A stretch of 64,000 bases of DNA from Octopus bimaculoides. Lineage: Eukaryota. A model generated the notes under the pieces. The model made no database searches. It saw only the letters and a program-made list of their open reading frames with translations, and was not told where the DNA came from. How positions within the stretch are numbered: the first letter of the stretch is position 1; every line of letters starts with the position of its first letter. The translations under genes were made by a program, and so were the position numbers. The stretch covers positions 89,970,476 through 90,034,475 of the forward strand of contig NC_068982.1 in NCBI RefSeq assembly GCF_001194135.2, read 5' to 3'. Shown here piece after piece: positions 54,606 to 64,000 of this stretch.

Positions 54606-55029
54606 ATACACACAGTCGACTACCTCGAGACTTTCAGCTCGTTCGCTTCGTTAGTTTTGACTGCGTCCGTCTGGGTTACACGACTTGTGAAATATGCAGA
54701 CTTATTATGTACCAGCCATGATATCAAATGCGTACCGCTGGCATATTCAATTAAAACTCACTCTTAAATTAACTAACATTTCTAGATTTCTATCTACAGC
54801 CTAATGAGTTTTTATCGTCTAAATTTATTCGATTACTTTTCTGTATATACACCTATTCCTCCCAATAGCCAGGCCATCACCAAAACTCCATGCACCAAAC
54901 TGTTTCACTCCCCAATTTTTGTCTGTCTCTCTCTCTCAGTCTCTCTTTTTCTCTCTCAGTCCCTCTTTGTCTCTCTCTGTTTCTCTGTCTCTCTCTGTTT
55001 CTCTGTCTGTCTCTGTTTCTCTGTCTCTC

Positions 55030-55075
<46 letters not shown>

Positions 55076-55141
55076 GCTCTCTCTTACACACATATACATA
55101 CTTATATATATGTGTATGTGTTTACATATACACATAACGTA

Positions 55142-55360
55142 AAGGCGACGAGCAAGGCAGAAACGTTAGCACGCTGTGCAAAATGCTTAGCGGTATTTTG
55201 TCTGTCTTTACGTTCTGATTTCAAATTCCATCACGGTCGACTTTGTCTTTCATTCTTTTGGGGTCGATAAATTAAGTACCAGTTGCGTACTGAGGTCGAT
55301 GTAATAGACTGGGCTCCTTCCCCCAAAATTTTGGGCCTTTTGCCTAAAATAGTAAAAAAT
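55142..55360 (+). mobile_element. SINE family A, full length
   Basis: aaggcgacgagcaaggcagaaacgttagcacg…gataaattaagtaccagttgcgtactg. Confidence 0.9.
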
Positions 55361-55849
55361 ATACAAATAATGTAACATTATTTTAAATATTAATGACACA
55401 TGGCAACAATTTTGATTATTATTTCTGTTGAGTTCGCTTTGTCACTTGACTCAGACTAAAATTGACATGCTCATTTCAAGTCAACAGTCAGTTTTCTTAT
55501 ATCACTTCAAGTTTTTCTTCTACAGTTTACTCTCTGAGTAATCGACTAGCTCCTTTCCTCTTAATTTTTCAAGGCCTTGTGCCTAAGTAGAAATAACTAT
55601 TTCCTTGATAACACGGGGGAACATCCCCGAAAAATATTTAGTTGACTTGTTTTCAAATTAGTCCTGCCTAAGTTAGTGATGCTGGGTTCAAAATTACCCT
55701 CAGGAATTTTCAACCACGTCAAGTTTCTGTTAAACAGGAATACATTTTTTACCAAAAAATGTTAATTATATGCAATACTGATATAAGAAACTAACACAAA
55801 CCAAGTAAAAAATTTTAGTGTTTAACAAATACATTACGCAAAATGCTTA

Positions 55850-56450
55850 AGGATAGACATTTCTGTCAAACTTGAGTTTCATCTACTCAAGGAGTGGACT
55901 TTCTGTTTGGTGCTTTGCAGTAGTCAGCCGTCAGGCCTATGTACCACGTGCTTTGATACCTAATCTCCACGGTGGAATCTTTCTCTTTGCTCATTATTTA
56001 TTGCACTAAAATTTTCAGAGTAGTCCAGATGACTATGCAGGAAATGTACTTTACACTCATGTTGCGGCTCAATGCTGGAAAACTAGTTAACAGCGTCTGC
56101 ACAAGTTCTTCATAATCTGATGGGTTCCTATTTTCCAAAAAATTAAACACAACTGCAGCAAAAGCATTGCATACTGCATTTACAACGTCAGACGTGGTGT
56201 CCAAAAGCTGTTGTCCTGCAATAGCCACCTATTCAATGACCTGTCAAATGCACTAACCTTAATTTTCTCACAAGACAAAGCTAAAAGCTTTCTGCTCAAG
56301 TATTTGAAACAGGCACTGTCTCAGCGTTTCAACACATGTTTTATACACTATATAGAGTGCCCAGAATTTGTCTCGATCATCAAGTTTCATATCAAAGTAA
56401 GTAACATTGATGGGGGCCGTAATTTACTCACACATAGCATTTTCAGAGCT
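55850..56450 (-). mobile_element. DNA-transposon transposase remnant, Chapaev(3)-like (CMC superfamily)
   Basis: Broken frames give CFKYLSRKL, AVVFNFLENRNPSDYEELVQTLL…NMSVK, HFLHSHLDY, EQRERFH and RYQ…ADYC, matching the recalled motif NMSLKIHFLHSHLDFF…SDEQGERFHQDI…RYQG…ADYCW. The family name comes from memory. Confidence 0.65.
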
Positions 56451-56548
56451 TTCTCGCCAATTCAGTTCTTAACCAAAGTAAGAAATGTTAACATTTTTGA
56501 AGAGGACTGTCATAAATAAATTGAGATTTGGTCCAGTAGAAAAAGTTT

Positions 56549-56616
56549 ACATCAAAATTTGTAGCAACTTTATAGCAGATTAACATCAAAATTTGTAGCA
56601 ACTTTATAGCAGATTA
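56549..56616 (+). repeat. Perfect 34-bp tandem duplication
   Basis: acatcaaaatttgtagcaactttatagcagatta occurs twice. Confidence 0.95.
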
Positions 56617-57242
56617 AGTAACGACTCTAATCAAGTTAAGATCTAAATAACTTTCTTATTTTAAAAGCAAAATATATCTTAGTTTCAATGATAGAAGAAA
56701 TCATGAAGAATTTCATAATTTTGGTCCCAAGTAACAAAAATTTGTATTCAAAACGTTGTGAAGTAAAATACCATGAAAAACATATAAGTAAGGCAAAAAA
56801 TTAAATATAAGTATAATTAACGTTTCATTTAAAAAAAATTATATTTTATTTAAGCTTAAATGATAGAGATCAATTCAAAGAATTTCATGGTAGCAATCTC
56901 ATTTAATGAAGTTTTGAAAGAAAAAAGCTATTAGTGTTTTTTCTCAAATTTGAAAGTGAAAATTCTATAATTTTTTAATGAATATAGTAATTTAAGGGGA
57001 CTTTTAATACATGTCACCGGCATCATTGAAGTAATATTCAATAAGATAAAATCATAAATTATTAGTTGACACATTATTAATAGCCCGGAAAAACATGGAT
57101 TATATGGAACAATGCGAGCAGGATAAATAATATTCTTAAGATTATAAACCTGGAAAAATACAGGATAAGTTTTTACACTTGGAAAAGTTCAGGGCAAGTT
57201 ATTACATCTGGTAAAGTACAGAACAAGGAAACTTTGACTTCA

Positions 57243-57825
57243 AATATTGCAGCTAAGGATAAAATTTGAATATTAAAATTCATTTGCTTTTAATTCACAA
57301 AGTAACATTATAATTTTTAAAATGTGCCATCATTTTGTTAAAATATTGACTCACTAGAATATTTATAAAATGAGAACCAGAAGTACTAACATAGCTAAAA
57401 TGTTATGCAAAGTAGAATAATATATATGGTAAGCAAATTCATTATGTAAAAAAATAGAACTTGGAGCAAGACTAAAAATGTGAAAATTTGGCAGTGACTT
57501 TAACAACACAAGCAAATTTTCCTGTGAATTTGTTGTTCTAGGTAGATTTTACTATATTATATAACTATTTTTTGTATTATTCTATTTATTGAACAAATTG
57601 TGTACTACTATTATTTTTAATAGCTTATTTCAAAATTTCTAATTATCAATTAATAATAAAAAAATTAATTTTTTTAAAGTGCAAAAAATATTTTGAGTTA
57701 TTTTTAACTTTTAATAGAAGTAACAAGTAATAACAAATAGAAATAATAACTTTTAATAAAATTTTTAGTTTTAATAAAAGCTGATATTTTCTAAAGCTAA
57801 ATATTTTATCCTTAGCTGCAATATT
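57243..57825. mobile_element. MITE-like element with perfect terminal inverted repeats and a possible TA target-site duplication
   Basis: AATATTGCAGCTAAGGATAAAAT (57243..57265) is the exact reverse complement of 57803..57825; the interior is non-coding and AT-rich. Confidence 0.7.
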
Positions 57826-57877
57826 CTATGTAAACATTTTCTTGTTCTGTATATTACCTGATGTAATNNNNNNNNNN

Positions 57878-58270
57878 ATATATATATATACGTGAACAAT
57901 AATAATAAATAGTAATAATGTGTTATGAATGGCGCAACAATGCACCATAATAATAGCAATGGACTACAATAACTGGTGTAATTTAATCATGCATAGGCTG
58001 ATATAATATTTCGGAATATAAGAATTCCTTCTTCAGCTTTCCCTAGGGATTGATCGAGTCACTACTACAATCGATTTTCCAAAGGTTTTTTTACTTTTTC
58101 TTTTCCGCCACCCTCTTCCTGGTTCCTTTTTTCCCCCTTTTTTAATTTCCTCGGAAGTATCTCTGCACTCGTCTCACGAAGCTCCCTCCGGAATTCCTCG
58201 TGAGAAGTGCGTGAAGGCGGTCATGTCTCAGTCTCGTTTGTGCTGGGACATCCGTAGCGCTGCTTCTAAG
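57878..58270 (-). mobile_element. Probable Penelope-like terminal fragment carrying a hammerhead motif
   Basis: GC-richer island containing the HHR core below, followed on the minus strand by an AT-rich tail ending in (TA)n. Confidence 0.5.
57993..58045 (-). ncRNA. Minimal hammerhead motif with intact core and poor stem I
   Basis: CUGAAGA-A-GGAAU-ucuuau-AUUCC-GAAA-UAUUAUA-UC|AGCC: perfect 5-bp stem II, near-palindromic stem III, AUC triplet. Confidence 0.65.
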
Positions 58271-58307
58271 TTATATATTATACGCGTAGTTTCCTCTTTT
58301 TTAAAAT

Positions 58308-58455
58308 TCAGCTTCAAATTCCACCGATGTTGACTTCGCCTTTCATCCTTTCGAGTTCGATAAATTAAATACCAGTTGTGTACTGGGGTTCATCTAATCG
58401 ACTGGCCCCATCCTTCCAAAATTTCAAAGCTTGTGCCTAGAGTAGAAAGGAAAAA
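58308..58455 (+). mobile_element. SINE family A, 5'-truncated
   Basis: ttcaaattccaccgatgttgacttcgcctttcatcc…gcttgtgcctagagtagaaag. Confidence 0.85.
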
Positions 58456-59154
58456 AATTAATTCAGCTTATTTCTGAATATACTTTTATGGAAATAGTTG
58501 AACATTAGTTACCTCCTCTCATCTTACTTAATATTCTGCACTTTAGCTATATCATACTGAAATTATAAAGTTAAAATAGTTCTTGCATGTAAGACTACTA
58601 TCAGAAACGCTAGCGATCGAATTGTCTTATGGAGCAATGACTGTAAATATGTTTATGCTACAAGTAATTCCGTTAAACACAGGAGCATTGTGTAATTTAC
58701 AAGAGTTTCATAATTTTGTGTTGTGTTCAAATCCTGTTCTGATTACAGTTTAAAGAGGTGTGGATCAACCAGAATAATTAGCCCAAGATACATTACACGG
58801 AGATCAAGACCTTAATAGTGTAATCACCAAGCTTTTATCAAGCTGATCATATCCAATACTTAATTTTAACTTATCATAAATTCTGTTAACTTATTTTTGT
58901 GACTGTTTATCCCTAGGTAATCGTTCACTGAGAGAACCTGTAACCAAAAGTATTTCAGTCATGACCACGTTGAATAAGACGACACTAACCAATTCTTCAT
59001 TCTCAGCCTACAACAGTGGAATGCGATTTGAGGAAGATTTTTGACAACTATTTCTAGCAATTTGAGCGTCCACGCCGTTGTTCCTTTATTGCATACTTTC
59101 TTATTTTGTTAGTAGGTAATGTATTGTTGTCACGTCCATCAGTTGACCGATGAC

Positions 59155-59230
59155 TATACCGACAGCGTGATTGGAATGGAATCTCCCCTTAATGGGAATT
59201 GAAACCAGATTGTGGTCTCTGTTCGGTATA
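59155..59230 (+). ncRNA. Hammerhead-like fold with a decayed catalytic core
   Basis: UAUACCGACAG pairs with CUGUUCGGUAUA (stem I); GAAA-CCA-gauug-UGG-UC| gives stem III and GUC; a hairpin precedes GAAA. The core reads CGUGAUUG instead of CUGANGA. Confidence 0.55.
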
Positions 59231-60557
59231 AACCTATCTCTAATCCTACTGTGCCTGCCAGCTGATACTCCAAAATTACGTACTTAAGCTCCTGCTGGAT
59301 CAGAAATAAAGCAATATAATTAAATGCTTGTTGCCATAGAGGTTGATAATGCGATTGCTGAAAGTAATTAGTCTATGCATTTGTTCTGACAGTATTGTTT
59401 TTCGCTCTTTCTATTATTTTCCTTCGAATTAGCACTGAACATAATTTATTCTCTTATTTCAAGCAATGCTTTTACCTCTTTAAACAGTTTAGGTTAATAC
59501 GATACATTTTGAATATTTTCAAAGTAAATGCTAGTAAGAAGGGCTGTTCAGTCAATTGAACTAGAATACTTTATAAAACAGGTACTTAATTCAATCTCAA
59601 GGGAATGAAATTCAACACAGAAAACAGAGGGGCGATACTAAATAAGTGTCTAACGTTTCCACCAACAATTTTACTCTCTAGATTACAAACCATCACAGAA
59701 TCGGAGAGAAATATAATGGTTGAATAGATAAAGAGTTGGCAGTTTAACACAATAATCGAGAGTCTTTGTCCTGTCATTGTTATTAACAAATCGTAAATAC
59801 AATAAAATATTTAGATCGGCGTTCTAATGTTTGCCAACTCATTCTCTCAGTTTCGTTTGATGACTACAATTAATTTGTATTGTTTCAGATTTATCAGTTT
59901 ACACCCTTACGAACCTAACCTTCATGTAGGTTATCACCTGCAATTGAAGGATTAACTTAAATGAAAGTTTTTAATGCTGTGTAACCAGTGACAGCGTGGT
60001 TATGCCCAGGAATGTATCTTCTAGATCCAGTGCTGGTGTCCACACGTAGAGCATGTTTACAGTCGCTCAACATTCTTGAAATAGCAGGCAAATCTCACCT
60101 TCATTTGATTACCCTACCTTCTGAAATATGCAAAGTACGCATTAGATAATATGGTCCTAAACGACTCTGGGATGATAGGAGTCATATTACTCGAATGCCT
60201 TTCATCAGCTCGATTCAAGATTGATCTGAGACTTAATAACTTTGTTGCTTTACATTTTTACTGGATAACTGCTTTTTTCACACACAAATTGTCTCTCCTT
60301 CACTATTCCTAATCAATAGTATTCAGCAACAGTTATCAAATTTAATGGCTTGCAGTTGAGGAGAGAATCGAAAGGTCAGTCTATGACAAGTAGCTTTGTT
60401 TCTTCTGTCATTGTCGTTCAAAGATATTTCATGCTTATCTTTTATTTTATATTCAACCTTTCATTGTTGTGCTGTGCCCTAAACAGGGAGAGAAACCTAG
60501 ATATAACACATTAAATCATTAACCCAAAACATGCGAATAGCAACAATGTATCTTACA

Positions 60558-60720
60558 TTCATTTGTCTTTACGTTCTAGTTCAAATTCCACCGAGGTCGG
60601 CTTTACCTTTCATCCTTTTGAGGTCGATAAATTAAGTACTAGTTGCGTACTGGGCTCGATCTAATCAACTAGCCCCCTCCCAAAATATTCCGGGCCTTGT
60701 GCCTAAAGTAGAAAAGAAGA
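60558..60720 (+). mobile_element. SINE family A, 5'-truncated (first of a tandem pair)
   Basis: gtctttacgttctagttcaaattccaccgaggtcgg…ggccttgtgcctaaagtagaaaagaa. Confidence 0.9.
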
Positions 60721-60734
60721 TGTCTTTCAATGAA

Positions 60735-60941
60735 AGGCGGCGAGCTGGCAGAAACGTTAGCACGCCGGGCTAGCGGTATTTCGTCTGTCTTTACCTTCTG
60801 AGTTCAAATTCCACTGAGGTCGACTTTGCCTTCCATCCTTTCGGGACCGATAAATTAAGTACCAGTTGTGTACAGGGGTCAATCTAATCGACTGGCCCCT
60901 CCCAAAAATTTCGGGCCTTGTACCTAGAGTAGAAAAGAATA
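60735..60941 (+). mobile_element. SINE family A, near full length and little diverged (second of the pair)
   Basis: aggcggcgagctggcagaaacgttagcacgccgggc…gggccttgtacctagagtagaaaagaata. Confidence 0.9.
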
Positions 60942-62319
60942 TTTCTGATACCATCAGCGATAGCTGTACCACTAATGGTTACTATTATTCAGGGATACGC
61001 GTTCTAACACTAGTTCTGTCTATGTTGGGATATCCTATCAAATCTCGCTACTTTTATTTTCATTATATAATTAGCGTTTTATTTAAATCCATCTTTAAGC
61101 TGTACTATTTAAGAAAGGGCAGAATCAGATATTTTAGGTTAGTGTAATGGTTCCAAAATAGTGGGAGCTACTGGGTTAATGTATTGTATTTCAGAATATA
61201 AATTCCATAGATTGATGGCATTTCCTTCCTTTACAAATCATGTGCACTTACTTAACTTGATACTTACATTTGTGTTTTCTTATTTTAGTTATTTTATTCT
61301 GCTTTCGAATGTTCTTAAACGTTCTCCTATTATTCAGAATATATAATATGTTAGATGATTTCAATGTGACCTATGTCTGGTAATTTTTCGTCATAACTTA
61401 TTCAATCTACTGCAATGGAAATTATACCAATTTATGTTTTAATCTTAATTACAATTTACTACCCGCTGTACACCGGATTCTTTAAGCATACACTCACAAA
61501 ATAACGCTACGTTCGTTTAGGATATTTGTGATTTCTAACTAAATGTTCGGTCAATGATTTATTATCCAATCCTTGACAGATAATAACAGGCAGCGAAAAT
61601 TATTTTTATTCCATATTGATTAGATTCTGTAATTCGGCTCAGTTTTATTACGTTGAACAGCATTTTACAATATATTTTACTGGATTTATGAGGCTGGACA
61701 TTAAACTGTAACATAATGAACGAGAGAGTTTTGTTAAATTACAATTCTGAGATCAAATCTTACAGGAAACCGATGCATTCTAACGTTAATAAATGATTAA
61801 ATAACCATTAAGGATTCAGGTATATAAAACAAGGAAGAAGTTTGGACGTTTATATATTTGTCAAAAACGCAATAACATAAGCGATGTAAGTGAAATGAAA
61901 TGGCAACAAACAGATAGAAAAACCAAATCACAGAATAGCCTCTTCTCGACAATATTAGTTTCTTTGTATTGGAAAATGAATTGATTTTTACATTATTTAT
62001 AAAACAGTATTAGCAACAAAACTCAAAATGAGATAGAGACACCATGTCAGTCTTTTATCTGTTACCAAACGAGGTTCATTACCTTCCTAGTGAAAATATT
62101 GGTTTCTCAACTACATATGTGCGAATACAGAAAAACTATTGCAATGTCTCGTTTATAATTATTTCACTTTTCCAATGGATACATCCACATTCTGATGTAA
62201 ATTCTACCTGGTCTAATTTTTACTTTATTCTTCAAGTGCTAAGATCTACTATATCGACTCTACTCTTCCTTAACTATGTGTTTTTGTACTAATGTGGGCA
62301 ACCTTTAGTATTTCATTTT

Positions 62320-62480
62320 GTAAGCTATCGTTCTTTACATTCTGAATTCCAGTCATTATTGGGGTCGACTGAAACTTTCATTTATCAGGGGTGGATAAAA
62401 TAAGTGAACCCCACAATATACTGGAGTAGATTTAATCGATTGTTTCTACCCTAAAGATAGAAGAGAACCTTGTGTCATGT
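62320..62480 (+). mobile_element. Degenerate SINE family A
   Basis: ctttacattctgaattcc…ggggtcgact…ggataaaataagt…tttaatcgatt. Confidence 0.55.
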
Positions 62481-62932
62481 TACACAAGTAGGTTTATGAC
62501 AAATAACGTTAAGTTGAGCGATTTGTCTGTAGATTGAATGATCAAAGATTTTGCTATAGGCGTTGTGATATTTCAACGATCCGTTTATCAAATACTTGAT
62601 AGAACCACGTTATTTTATACCAAAGACGTGTTATTGTATATCAGGTGAGTATTCCTTCACCTGCAAGCGCTAGGCTCTTCTCTTGCGCGAGTAAGGATTC
62701 TATGTTTAGTGTAAAATTGTTGGTTCAATAGTATGGAATGACATTTGCTTTTATTCTTTTAAGAAATACTTTATTAAAATGTAAATCATTACATTAGTTG
62801 TTTATTAACATTTGGAAGTAATTACATATCTTCATATCGGCACCAAGTATTAAACTTGTAGGAGTGAGGTAGTAGCCTTCATCTGTTGCCTGGTCTAATA
62901 CCACCACATCTGTTACATTCAGGAACGATCAC

Positions 62933-63312
62933 TTTATCTTTTACTTGTTTTATTCATTGAACTGAGGCCACGTTGAGGTATCCACTTAAAGGGCTTAGTC
63001 TAACAAATCAACTCCGGTACTGTTTTTTTTTTCTTTTTCAAGTTTGGTACTTATACCATCGGTCACTTTTCCCGAACCGATTTAAACAAACCAACACAAA
63101 TTGTGATGCAGTGAGAGGATGAACATAAAAGACGAACATACACATATATACGGCGATATCCCACGCAGTTTCCGTGTGCCAAATTTACTCACAAGTCACT
63201 GGACGACCGGAGCTATAGTTCAAGAGACTTGGCCATGATTATATGCAATGGCACTGAACTTTAAATCACGTGATGAAAGAGAGTTTCTTAGCCACACCGC
63301 CGCCATGCCTGT
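62933..63312 (-). mobile_element. SINE family B, full length
   Basis: tttatcttttacttgttt…cccgaaccg…cagtttccgtgtgccaaatttactcacaag…cttagccacaccgccgccatgcct. Confidence 0.8.
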
Positions 63313-63549
63313 CTGGAGGACAATTTCCGCCTCCCTTCTTCCCATCCATCATAGATGTCCTGAAAAGAGTCAAAGGTTCTACCCTTCCTTCTCTAGGATA
63401 TTAAAACGTCGAGGAAATTAAACCCAGAAAACTACTACTATATCATTAGTATTTATTTTACATCATGGGTTTAGAGGAAGAGGTAGCGTCCATGGCCTTC
63501 ACAGTACCTCCGAGATGGAAGAAATGAAGTCACTTATGTTCTGTGTAAA

Positions 63550-63830
63550 GTGTTGCTAGTCAAATACCTGAATTTAGAACTTGAGTAGGAAGATTCCAAA
63601 CATCAATCTTACGGAGACAAAGGAATGAACGTAGAGGATAGTATGGGAAATGAGAAGACTGAACATTATATAGATGTCGGGCGGTGGAAAATCGAGTGGG
63701 TTGGGGGCCTAAGTCGAGTATGTACAAACACAGCAAACTCTGAAGAACAGGGACCATTTACCATTTAAGTACAATACAAAAGGCAGAGGAAAGAGGCAGT
63801 TTATCTATGGGTTAGAGCCTGAGTAATGAC
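63550..63830 (+). mobile_element. Possible RTE LINE endonuclease N-terminal remnant
   Basis: VWEMRRLNII resembles the EMxRLNID motif; heavily broken. Confidence 0.35.
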
Positions 63831-64000
63831 TATGAATGATTTTTATGTTACGTCAATAAATAAACAGACTTACTCGAAGATGCGTGTGTGCGTAACAGTA
63901 GCACAGTTCCAGATATGCGTGTCATATATTATTGTGAGCTTAACTAGAGTTAATTGTTATTAGTTGGGGGGAAATTTGACCTCAAAAGTAGAGGAGAATA

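Larger units (their letters stand above)
7205..57877. other. Assembly N-gaps (not contiguous): 7205-7478, 8210-9150, 9652-9897, 11282-11515, 18257-18709, 24398-25016, 29054-29063, 29751-29977, 31823-31892, 33597-33606, 35093-35153, 41881-41959, 43454-43893, 45380-45488, 47735-47878, 57868-57877
   Basis: Runs of n, mostly bordered by (TA)n, (CA)n or (TATG)n microsatellites. Confidence 0.98.

Noticed and set aside
60170-60210. CTGATGA on the minus strand
   Set aside because: No stem II or GAAA follows.
60735-60800. tRNA gene
   Set aside because: It is a tRNA-derived SINE head with no cloverleaf, and it continues into SINE body shared by many copies.
63313-63540. HDV-like ribozyme in the RTE 5' UTR
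   Set aside because: Only a GGAGG/CCTCC helix is visible; the nested double pseudoknot could not be built.
50055-64000. Upstream exon of the host gene; GTAAGT/GTGAGA donors near 60100 and 61250-61267
   Set aside because: The adjacent sequence is AT-rich with no open, protein-like frame.

Overview
AT-rich, microsatellite-dense animal genomic DNA from a gappy draft assembly (16 N-gaps, most flanked by (TA)n/(CA)n/(TATG)n). The SINE families and repeat landscape point to an octopus/coleoid cephalopod; this is inferred from recalled repeat consensi, not from a search. The only credible host coding sequence is two minus-strand exons of one large gene: 49356..50054 (699 nt, phase 0-0) and 10132..10378 (247 nt, phase 0-1). 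They join in frame across a ~39-kb GT-AG intron (…ALDPNNDP|HLLCLLLQALA…). The protein looks helical and conserved; it tentatively recalls the long N-terminal extension of invertebrate PLC-epsilon, which is unverified. The rest is intronic and filled with two tRNA-derived SINE families and with remnants of RTE and CR1 LINEs, a DD37D/maT mariner, a Gypsy integrase, a Chapaev-like transposase, a MITE and Penelope-like elements. The most notable observation is a set of type I hammerhead-ribozyme motifs of the Penelope-associated kind. The best is a near-intact copy at 37154..37202 (minus strand), in the sense orientation of the host pre-mRNA; two more have near-intact cores (25066, 58036) and several are decayed. 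Other items of interest are a perfect 22-bp hairpin, a possible nested antisense first exon and a possible Cys-string alternative exon. Almost all entries in the supplied ORF track are microsatellite or gap artefacts.
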